A stretch of 63,732 bases of DNA, the filler included, from Octopus bimaculoides (taxonomy: Eukaryota): NCBI RefSeq assembly GCF_001194135.2. It is 4 parts of 4 records of this genome, joined end to end, with 100 filler letters (N's around TTAATTAATTAA, not from the genome) between each part and the next. Parts side by side here need not be neighbours in the genome. Positions count along the whole stretch, not along the records: positions 39,203 to 61,291 come from NC_068993.1; positions 61,392 to 63,732 come from NW_026346626.1; 2 more parts are not named here. The stretch is one strand, 5' to 3'. Shown here piece by piece: positions 52,766-63,222 of this stretch; position 1 is the stretch's first letter, and each line of letters opens with the position of its first letter. The translations under genes were made by a program, and so were the position numbers. The notes under the pieces were generated by a model. It had not been told where the DNA came from and searched no databases. It saw nothing but the letters and a program-made list of their open reading frames with translations.

Positions 52766-52953
52766 AAAAGAATTCCCGGTATTTGTAAATATGTTGTTGA
52801 GCTGGGATGTTGGTTGAACTGTCCATGCATTATGTGTGCATGCATGCATATGTATGTATGTACATACATATATATGCATGCACACATAATGTATGGGCAG
52901 TTCAACCAACACACCAGCTCAACCACATATTTACAAACACCGGGAATTCTTTT
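52766..52953. repeat. 188-bp near-perfect palindrome (spacerless hairpin)
   Basis: Arms differ at about 6 positions over ~80 nt; the centre is a TATG/CATA microsatellite. Confidence 0.92.
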
Positions 52954-53574
52954 GCCTATAATAAAGACGAGTATTTGAACAAAATATCTCTCCTAATATT
53001 TCTTCCGTCCGAATTGCCCACTTTCATTTTTCACTCATGTCACGACACAATTCAGTGAACCCATATTTGGTCCATCAAAAAACCAGTAAGCAAAGACACT
53101 GTTGTTCACACTTCGCGATACAAAATACGTAAATTAACAACAGTTGTATATCGTACAGCAGTTATGTTGGGTTCAGCACATATAAATGTCAGGTGTTAAA
53201 GGGTTAAAACTTCAACATTGTTTCTTTCTACAAGATTAACTAAAGTGAAAATAATGAGAAATAGAATGATGAGATGAATAAGCTAAATACAACTGTGACA
53301 AAATATTCACAAAAACGAAACGCTGAAAACAAAACATAATTTAAAACGTATGTTGTTTGTTTAGTTACTGAGATATAATGGTGGATTGCTTCTTTTTTTA
53401 CTCTTGGTTGTTGTTGCTTGGTTTTTCTTGTTATATTTTACCGAAAAACATAGATTGGTATACGATATTGTGTGGTAAATGTAAAAAATATGTCTGTGCG
53501 ATTGTGTGTGTGTCTGTGTGAGTGTTTTTGTTAACATATTTATATGTGTGCATTTACGTAGGTAGATAGACGCG

Positions 53575-53610
<36 letters not shown>

Positions 53611-53941
53611 CTATATAACCATTTATAGCTACATATACACATATACATGCATATATATGTGTATATATATATATACATATATATATATGAGAATGTATAT
53701 ATAAACATTTATCCATACAATTATACAAGATATTTTTTTTAAAAAGACGCAGTCAAAACGTATGCATAAACTTCTATATAAGTAAATGTATAAGTATGCA
53801 TAACTTTCTATATAAGTAAATATGTTTATGTGTATTAGCGCGTGTTATGTATATGTATGTATGGAAATGTGCATGCACGTGTGTGTGTGTATGCACATAT
53901 GTGTGTGTATGCACATATGTGTGTATACATATATATATATG

Positions 53942-53982
<41 letters not shown>

Positions 53983-55409
53983 NNNNNNNNNNNNNNNNNN
54001 NNNNNNNNNNNNNNNNNNNNNNNNNNNNNNNNNNNNNNNNNNNNNNNNNNNNNNNNNNNNNNNNNNNNNNNNNNNNNNNNNNNNNNNNNNNNNNNNNNNN
54101 NNNNNNNNNNNNNNNNNNNNNNNNNNNNNNNNNNNNNNNNNNNNNNNNNNNNNNNNNNNNNNNNNNNNNNNNNNNNNNNNNNNNNNNNNNNNNNNNNNNN
54201 NNNNNNNNNNNNNNNNNNNNNNNNNNNNNNNNNNNNNNNNNNNNNNNNNNNNNNNNNNNNNNNNNNNNNNNNNNNNNNNNNNNNNNNNNNNNNNNNNNNN
54301 NNNNNNNNNNNNNNNNNNNNNNNNNNNNNNNNNNNNNNNNNNNNNNNNNNNNNNNNNNNNNNNNNNNNNNNNNNNNNNNNNNNNNNNNNNNNNNNNNNNN
54401 NNNNNNNNNNNNNNNNGTGGTGGTGGTGGTGGTGGTGGTGATGTGGTGATAGTAGTGGTGGTGGTGTTAGTGATAATGCTAATGGTGTGGTAATGGTTGT
54501 TGCGGTGATGCTGCTGCGGATGCTGCTGCGGATGCTGCTGTGGTTCCTGTAGCTACTGCTGCAACCGTCGCTGCTGCTACTGCCGCTGCTGCTACTGCCG
54601 CTGCTGCTGCTGCTATTGGTTTGCTGACAGTGTTGTCCTTCAGTGCAGTTGTGGAAGTAATATTAACCATGTCATCAGTAATTTGTGTGCTTAAATCTCG
54701 GTTTAATTAATCTTTATTTATTGCTTCGGATTTCCGTACATATATGTGTGCGTGTGTGTGTGCTTCTATATCTATTCTCTCAATATACATATATATACAT
54801 ATATATATATACATATATATACATATACATACATATATATATATATATATANNNNNNNNNNNNNNNNNNNNNNNNNNNNNNNNNNNNNNNNNNNNNNNNN
54901 NNNNNNNNNNNNNNNNNNNNNNNNNNNNNNNNNNNNNNNNNNNNNNNNNNNNNNNNNNNNNNNNNNNNNNNNNNNNNNNNNNNNNNNNNNNNNNNNNNNN
55001 NNNNNNNNNNNNNNNNNNNNNNNNNNAAGACGGAAAATGGGATGCTTCACGCAACTACCACGAAACCGATGGTTAAAAAATGTAGACGTCCTAACTGTCG
55101 AACAATGGTGGACTGGGTCTAAAATTATTGGTTGCCAGGAGACTAAGTTGGCCCATCCGCAACTACAAGTGGTCCACCCGCAACTACAACGGAGCCCTCT
55201 CGCAACTACAATGTTATCATTTAATTTTTTTTGTTTTTTTTTTTTGTTAGAAGTATTCTTTTCAACTGTGTACAGTCACAGCCAGGCTGAAATGATTAAT
55301 GCATTCTTCTAGGAGCGAATAAAAATTCTCAAAAATGAGGGTATGGGCCCCCATATATGGATTCTAATGGCGCAGGGTCCCACTTGCCATCAAGCAAGCT
55401 GGAAACCTG

Positions 55410-55775
55410 GCCGGTCCGCCATTGCTGTGGAACATGCCCTAACCAGCAGGAAGACTCAGAATTTCTATTCAAACAAGGAGAGAGATTCACAATAAAATCC
55501 AACTTCACTCGTGCTTCCGGGAGTCAAATTTATGTTGTAACTTGTCAGGTTGTGGACATAACTATATAACACTGACAAGTATGGCAGTTAGGCGGAGAAC
55601 CACACTACATAAGGAACAGATCCGTTTACCACATAGAAAGATGTGCAGGTAATATCCAACCAAACTTCACAGTTTTACCGATCGATAAGTGCAAAGAAAC
55701 AATTTCTGTACAATAACGTTTAAATAAAGAAAATTTATTTATCAAAAAATATAGAACACGCTTAATTATGAACGT
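55410..55775 (+). mobile_element. Decayed Penelope-like GIY-YIG fragment, homologous to 48880-49279
   Basis: CGTCPN..FLFKQGERFTIKSNFT..IYVVTCQ..RRTTLHKEQI..RLNKENLFIKKYRTRLN. Confidence 0.8.
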
Positions 55776-56338
55776 ATAACCAACTTTGGTCTCACTATAT
55801 ATTTTAACTGATGTTCACATACACATCACGATAAACATTTCATTTCACTACTTTAGATTTTTTTTTGCTTTTCTGATTTTGTATATTCATTTACCCCCTC
55901 CCCAAAAAATGAGCAATTACATCCCCTGTCCCGAAAAATAACTATCACTAATAGATTTTTCTACGTTGGAATAAAATACGAAATTACAATAATATCAATG
56001 ACATGATTAGCGAAATTAGAAACCGGTCTACAAACACAATAATCTTTCACTTATGAGATATATGAAAAAATATATTTAAACTATATAAAGAATATATGAA
56101 AATTATGTAATCTGTGAGCATTTTCCTTCTTTTATTTTATATATATATTGTATTACAACTCACCACGTGGGGATAATCGAAATTCTCCCTTTTTCTTATT
56201 AATATATATATATGTGTGTGGGGGGGGGCGTGTGTGTGTGTGTGTGTATGTATATGCATGTATGCTTTCATTCCTCCATTTCACTCACTATTTCATATCT
56301 TCTCTAGAATAACTATAGCTGAACCATTTTCTCGCACC

Positions 56339-56386
56339 GTCTCCGACGAAGGGATATATTAAATATCCCGGAAACACCTGTAAGAC
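56339..56386 (+). ncRNA. Hammerhead-family-1 motif (CCGACGA core variant)
   Basis: GUCU-CCGACGA-A-GGGAUAU(AUUAA)AUAUCCC-G-GAAAC-ACCU-GUA-AGAC: 4-bp stem I, 7-bp stem II, GUA cleavage triplet. Confidence 0.6.
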
Positions 56387-56487
56387 CTCTTTATAGATGT
56401 TCTGAAATCTCTCACAGGCTTGGATGTTTATCTCATTCTGTTAATTTTATATATATATATATACATGTGTGTGTATATACATAATAC

Positions 56488-56790
56488 GCCGGCGTGGCTG
56501 TGAGGTAAGAAACTTTTGCTTTCCAACCACATTTGTACGGATTCAGTCCCACTGTGTCTCTCCTTGGGCAGGTGTCTTCTGGTATAGATTAGGACCGAGC
56601 AAAGCCTTGTGAGTGGATTTTGTAGACGGAAACTGAAAGAAGCCCCTCGTATGTGAATACTTATAAATATATGTGTGTGTTTTTGTATCTGTGTTTATCC
56701 ACTTATCAGCGCTTGACGACCGGTGTTAGTGTGTTTACGTTCCTGTAACTTAGGGGCTCGACAAAGTGCCCGAAAGAATAAGTACTAGGC
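56488..56790 (+). mobile_element. SINE family D, head plus internal microsatellite plus 3' part (cut by the gap)
   Basis: Head matches 25350-25480; 3' part matches 7790-7920. Confidence 0.8.
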
Positions 56791-57021
56791 NNNNNNNNNN
56801 CACACACACACACACACGCACACACACACACACAAATTAGCGATAGACAGGTGGATAGATAATATATATTCTTTTATTCTTTTGTGTTTCAGTCCATGGA
56901 CCCATCTCTCACTCTTCATAGATAGATAGATAGATAGATACATACATACATACATACATACATACATACATGCATACATAAATACATACATACATAGACG
57001 CACACACACAAACACACGCGG

Positions 57022-57053
<32 letters not shown>

Positions 57054-57659
57054 GAAAAATTACCGAAATATGTTTTTGTAAATTCTGTTAAAATGTCAAA
57101 TATAGATTGCGATAATTTCCACCAATCGATGCCTTATATTTTTCCGGATGCTGTTGATATATTTTTTGAAGAAAAACGTGTTTTACACGGTTTTACATAT
57201 TTGAAGAATACGAAATTAAAGTTTTTCCAGATTGTGATCTTTTGTTGTCAAGAGCCAAAAGCTGAAATACGACAGGAAAGATTAGGATTGCATGAATAGG
57301 AAGTGTTATAAACTGTTCTTCATAAGAAAATGCTTGAAAAAATATTTCAGATGAGAATAAGTATACATTTAAGTTTCTTGTAAATAGATGTCTACCAAAT
57401 GTTTCCTTAAATGTGTTAATCAAAAGTTATTTGTAAATAATTCAAATTAGAAAGGTTGATTAATTAATATTTTGTTTTCATTTGTGATAAATATGCTTTC
57501 AGGTGCAAAATCTATACTGATGTGAATATTAATAATCGCTCTGCTATTCTTTGTGGAAGCAGGCACAATGTATTTTGAAAAACACAAATCTTCGAGAAAG
57601 AAAATCTGATAAATGAGCTAAATCAATTTAAGAACAGTTTTGCTTTATAAACTATTTCA

Positions 57660-57874
57660 TTATACAGTTCTATATTTAAGAGATAAGGAATTATGTACAT
57701 TATTTACATTATTTACGTTCGACGGATATTTGTCTTCATCTTGTTTGTTGTTAACACAACGTTTCGGCTGATACACCCTCCAGCCTTCTTCAGGTGTCTT
57801 GGAGAAATTTCGAACCTCGGTTCTCATTCCTAAGGTATTCTTTGATGTTGTTGTTGCTATTATTACTATTATTA

Positions 57875-57929
<55 letters not shown>

Positions 57930-57957
57930 GGAGATTTCGAACCTTGGTTCTCATTCC
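57660..57957 (-). mobile_element. Hammerhead-family-2 element with a partial tandem duplication of its 5' segment
   Basis: Homologous to 28400-28519; GGAGA(AA)TTTCGAACC.(C/T)GGTTCTCATTCC is repeated at 57801 and 57930 around (TTA)n. Confidence 0.8.
57753..57798 (-). ncRNA. Minimal type I hammerhead ribozyme motif
   Basis: GACAC-CUGAAGA-A-GGCUG(GAGGGUGUAU)CAGCC-GAAAC-GUU-GUGUU: 5-bp stem I, intact core, 5-bp stem II, palindromic AACGUU stem III. Confidence 0.8.
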
Positions 57958-58164
57958 AAATGTAAATAATGTGTTTCATTATAATTTTAAATCTGTAGAA
58001 TAGCAGTACATAAAGAAATATCTCTGTAAATTAATTTGAAGCACGATGTGCTTCAAATTAAGAAACTTTAAGAAAATCAGTATTTTGGGTAAACTATGGC
58101 AACAAAGTCCTATTCCTGTTCCACAATTTCACTATGTTAATCAATTCTTTCCAGTCTTTTTCCA

Positions 58165-59400
58165 CCATAAATAATGGTTTTTTTTAATTGCATGAACTAA
58201 AAGTCGGAAGGGGACGGGATAAATTACCTGCATCAACTTGCTATAAAAGCAGATTGTAATTTTGCCTTGTACTTATTCTTAGTGCATGTTTTGAGGAGTG
58301 CAGTTTGATTTTAGCAGTTATTTTTCCAAAGCTATTATAGAAGTGACAAAGGAGCTATTCGGCATAATTTGCTTTATGCGTTCGACAAAGGCAACAACAC
58401 AACGGAAAATGCGAACAATATTAATGCAGTAAATGGGGATCGGACAAATAGCGTAAACCAGTGTCAACGGTGGTTCCAGAAATTCCGAGCGGGAAACTAC
58501 AGCCTAAAAACGAGTCTCATCCTGAGAGATCTGTAGAGCTCGACAAAGACGTCCTGCAAACCCTAGTGGGACAAATCCCATCGTAACTATGGAGGAACTA
58601 GAAAAGAAGCTTGGATTTCGTCATTCAACCATTCATCGACATCTGTGTACCATTGGAAAAGTCAGCAAATTCCGTTAATGTGTTCCTCACAAACTTTTCA
58701 AATCTAATCGCACACAGAGAGTGAATGTGTGCTCTTCTTTGCTATCACGTCTCACGAATGAACCTTTTTTCGATCGAATGGTGACTAGTGACGAGAAATG
58801 GGTTCTCTATAAAAATGTCAAGCACCAAAGACAATGGGTAGGGAAAGGAGAAACACCGGCACCCCAGGCTAAAGAAGGTCTTCACCCACGTAAAGTGTTG
58901 CTATCTGTTTGTTGGGATATGAAAGGTTTAGTCCACTTTGAACTTTTAGACCCAAACCAAACGATAACAAATGAGACCTACTGTGAGCAGCTTGAGCGGC
59001 TTAAGTCAGCGCTAGAGAAAAACGATCATCTCTGATTTCACGATGAACGGTGTTCTTCCATCAGGATAATACTCGGCCACATACGATGAGGATGACATTC
59101 TAAAGGCTGGAGCAGTTTGAATGAGAAACGATGTCCCATCTGATTACCATTTATTCCGCAGTCTTCAAAATCATTTGGACGGAAAAAATATGAACATTGT
59201 AGACGAGGTCATTACAGTACTGCAAGAGTATTTTTCGTCACGAACAAGTGAATTTTGGAATAGGGACTTTGCAAGTCTACCAGATGGATGGAAGCGCATG
59301 TAGAAAATGAAGGGAAGCGCATTTTAGATTTAAAAAGAACTATGTTTATCTTAATTTTGAAAAAGAAACGAAGTATAAAAAAAACCGCATTACCTAATAT
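58165..59400 (+). mobile_element. Mariner (DD34D-type) transposon, pseudogenised
   Basis: QCQRWFQKFRAGNYSL; TSDEKWVLY; KVLLSVCWD; HQDNSRPH; PSDYHLFRSLQNHL; TIR remnants at 58165-58185 and 59378-59400. Confidence 0.93.
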
Positions 59401-60986
59401 AATATCTGAAATTAAAATCTGAACTTGCCATGAACAGAAAACAACTTTCGGGCTGTTTTTCTCCGTTTTCTCATTTTGGGATTATGGGCAAAAGCGTTAT
59501 CTTGTTTCTTTTTGTCCAAGGAATGATTTTTGCTGGACGTGAATTAATATCGTCTCTAACAATTTTCGATCTCCAAGGCAGTAGCTAGCTGTTCACACCT
59601 TATCTTCTTAACAACAAATGCAGATCACAAGATCCTTCATACCACACTGCCACTCCATTCATGATTTATAGTTGCTGAAATACATTCAGGATAGAGAGCA
59701 GCTCTGCAAAGGCAACGTTCCACACCATCTCTGCTGTTTAAATCTTGTTTCATCACTCCAAATGGTTTTCGGAAAGTAGGGTGAACTACAACTAACATAT
59801 TTGGCAAAAAAGAGCAAATTTTCTTTAATGCTTTCCTCCTTTCTACAGGCTCCACAGAACTCCTTTTTTAAGGTGATGCCAGCATTTTTCAGATTTGTTT
59901 GAATGGCTCTTCTGAAATTAGTCTTGTTTTCAACATATCTAAGCGTCCTTGAAACTCGCTACTGAATTTTCTTTTTCGAAGAATTAAGAATTTCTGTCTT
60001 ATATCATCAGGAAGTAGTTCCTGGCCTACTATATTCTTGCCAGAGAACCAGTTTTCTGGAAGTGTAAACCTATTCTCTTTTTGAGATGCGGGAAATCAGG
60101 ATTTTCTTTCTCGAGTATTTGTGTTTTTCAAAATATATTGTGCCTGCTTCCACAAAGAATAGCAGAGCGGTTATTAATATTCACATCGGAATAAATTTTG
60201 CACTTGAAAGTATATTTAGCACAAATGAAAACAAAATATCAATTAATCAACCTTTCTAATTTGAATTATTTACAAATAACTTTTGATTAAAACATTTAGT
60301 AGACATCTATTTACAAGAAACTTAAATGTATACTTACTCATATCTGAAATATTTCTTTCAAGCATTTTCTTATAAAGAACAGTTTATGACACTTCCTATT
60401 CATACAATTCTAATCTTTCCTGTCGTATTTCAGCTTTTGGCTCTTGACGACAAAAGATCAAAATCTGCAAAAACTTCAGTTTCATATTCTCCAAATATGT
60501 AGAACTGTAAAACAAGTTTTCTACAAAAAATATATCAACAGCATTTGGAAAATATAGGGCATCGATTGGTGGAAATTCTTGCAATCTATATTTGATATTT
60601 TAACAAAATTTGAAAAACCATATTTCGGTTATTTGTCTTGAGTGTATGTGTGCGTGTGTGTGTGCGCGCGCGCGTACGTGCGTGCGTGCGTGCGTGTGCG
60701 TGTGTATGCTTGTTGTGCATGTGTGTTTATATCTGTCTACTCATCTCTCTATATATATATGCATATATGTTTATATATACATATATAATATATATGCATG
60801 TATATATATATATATAGTATATCAGAGGAATATAATATATACCTGCTAACGAGGAAGCGTAATACAGATCCCTAACTCTAGCCTAAGCTGTGAACTTGAA
60901 GCCTAACTTATGACCAATTATAGCACTTACTCAACGTACCTATTCGTTTAGATCACCAGTAAATCCTTCATATTCTATATGCATCC

Positions 60987-61020
<34 letters not shown>

Positions 61021-61190
61021 ATGTGTGTGTGTGTGTGTGTGTGTATTAAGCAAAATATAAGTTAGAGGTTAAGCAACCATCTAAGGGATAGATATATCCG
61101 TAGGCACTCCTGGTGTATTACCTTACTCCTGTGGGCCGGAGTAATTAGCAGATGAAAATGATGTAATGGGGGTACATGCATGATTCGCTA

Positions 61191-61290
61191 GGCCTAGCTA
61201 TAGAGATAGAATGGGGCATGCCAACGCTAGGCCGAAACAGCTGTAAGTTTCTGTATATTCTCCAATTGTTAAATGTACTTTATATTTGTA
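61191..61290 (+). mobile_element. Decayed hammerhead-bearing PLE-type tail
   Basis: GGCCTAGC(27 nt)GCTAGGCC-GAAAC-AGCT-GTA: perfect stem II and palindromic stem III, but no CUGANGA upstream. Confidence 0.5.
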
Positions 61291-61692
61291 ANNNNNNNNN
61301 NNNNNNNNNNNNNNNNNNNNNNNNNNNNNNNNNNNTTAATTAATTAANNNNNNNNNNNNNNNNNNNNNNNNNNNNNNNNNNNNNNNNNNNNATATATTAT
61401 ATTATATTATATTATATTATATTATATCATATTATATTATAGTACATTATATTATATTTCTAAGCATAATCCAATGTATTGGATTAATTTGTGGTCAGTT
61501 AGCCGAGTTCGCTAGAAGTACTTTGTGAGATAACCATACTTTTTTAGGAATCTATATTTTACACTCCAAATTTATATATATACACATATATTCATAATCA
61601 CATTCCCAATACACGCACTTATATATGTGGGTCGTGCGTATGAATTACGCATTTATCTAATGTATATATATATATGTATATAAATAATTATC

Positions 61693-61723
61693 TACTAACA
61701 TATACTTACATTTTCAGTCGCAG
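61693..61723 (+). promoter_or_regulatory. Candidate alternative 3' splice site of Dll
   Basis: TACTAAC branch consensus at 61693-61699, then TTACATTTTCAG (AG at 61716-61717) and a second CAG ending at 61723. Confidence 0.4.
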
Positions 61724-61786
61724 CCGACCCCATATGCTATGAATGCCTACACTGATATATAGGATATACATTTTATTTTCCCACAG

Positions 61787-61968
61787 AGAAATCTCAAATG
61801 GAGGAACAGTTGCGAATGAACGGTAAAGGCAAAAAAATGCGTAAACCGAGGACTATATATTCCAGCTTGCAGTTGCAACAGCTTAACCGACGCTTCCAGC
61901 GTACACAATACTTGGCATTACCAGAAAGGGCAGAATTGGCGGCATCTTTAGGTCTCACGCAAACACAG
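61787..61968 (+). CDS. Dll: Distal-less/Dlx homeobox exon (internal exon, homeodomain residues 1-44)
   Basis: TTTTATTTTCCCACAG acceptor; [60 protein letters not shown]; CAG|GTAAG donor at the conserved phase-0 Q44/V45 position. Confidence 0.97.
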
Positions 61969-62252
61969 GTAAGCTGGACAGAAATGAATTTTTTCTTTTG
62001 CTTTAGTTAGTGAAATGCGAAAACAAAAGAGAGTGAGAGAAGAAAAAAAAAAAGAAAAGGAAGAAAGAAAATGGAATTCACAAAAATAATGGAAGCAAAT
62101 TTGTGTGGTGATTATAATATATTAAAAATGAAAATGTTTAATAAAAATATCATGGAATTTATAATTTATTTTATAAGTATAACGAGCATGAAACCATTCG
62201 GATATTCATATGTAATATATATGCGGAAGGATTTAATATAAAATCGAACATT

Positions 62253-62287
<35 letters not shown>

Positions 62288-63084
62288 GCATACATAAAAT
62301 AATGTGCATATGTATATTCGTATAGTATATTGTATATATGTATATATATGTATATATATATATNNNNNNNNNNNNNNNNNNNNNNNNNNNNNNNNNNNNN
62401 NNNNNNNNNNNNNNNNNNNNNNNNNNNNNNNNNNNNNNNNNNNNNNNNNNNNNNNNNNNNNNNNNNNNNNNNNNNNNNNNNNNNNNNNNNNNNNNNNNNN
62501 NNNNNNNNNNNNNNNNNNNNNNNNNNNNNNNNNNNNNNNNNNNNNNNNNNNNNNNNNNNNNNNNNNNNNNNNNNNNNNNNNNNNNNNNNNNNNNNNNNNN
62601 NNNNNNNNNNNNNNNNNNNNNNNNNNNNNNNNNNNNNNNNNNNNNNNNNNNNNNNNNNNNNNNNNNNNNNNNNNNNNNNNNNNNNNNNNNNNNNNNNNNN
62701 NNNNNNNNNNNNNNNNNNNNNNNNNNNNNNNNNNNNNNNNNNNNNNNNNNNNNNNNNNNNNNNNNNNNNNNNNNNNNNNNNNNNNNNNNNNNNNNNNNNN
62801 NNNNNNNNNNNNNNNNNNNNNNNNNNNNNNNNNNNNNNNNNNNNNNNNNNNNNNNNNNNNNNNNNNNNNNNNNNNNNNNNNNNNNNNNNNNNNNNNNNNN
62901 NNNNNNNNNNNNNNNNNNNNNNNNNNNNNNNNNNNNNNNNNNNNNNNNNNNNNNNNNNNNNNNNNNNNNNNNNNNNNNNNNNNNNNNNNNNNNNNNNNNN
63001 NNNNNNNNNNNNNNNNNNNNNNNNNNNNNNNNNNNNNNNNNNNNNNNNNNNNNNNNNNNNNNNNNNNNNNNNNNNNNNNNNNNN

Positions 63085-63122
<38 letters not shown>

Positions 63123-63138
63123 ATTCACCGATATAATA

Positions 63139-63177
<39 letters not shown>

Positions 63178-63186
63178 GCACGTATA

Positions 63187-63222
<36 letters not shown>

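Larger units (their letters stand above)
57047..60644 (-). mobile_element. Tc1-like transposon with ~560-bp TIRs; transposase relic at ~59405-60032; nested insertions
   Basis: 57051-57610 is the inverted copy of 60095-60640; right end CTTGAGTG-TA; minus frames ELLPDDIRQKFLIL (HTH), KTIWSDETRF, RDG..ALYPECISATINH..GSV, QDNAFAH. Confidence 0.75.

Noticed and set aside
59637-59855. Apparently novel 72-aa protein
   Set aside because: It is one frame of the frameshifted Tc1-like transposase (RDG..P.CI..T..H..GSV)
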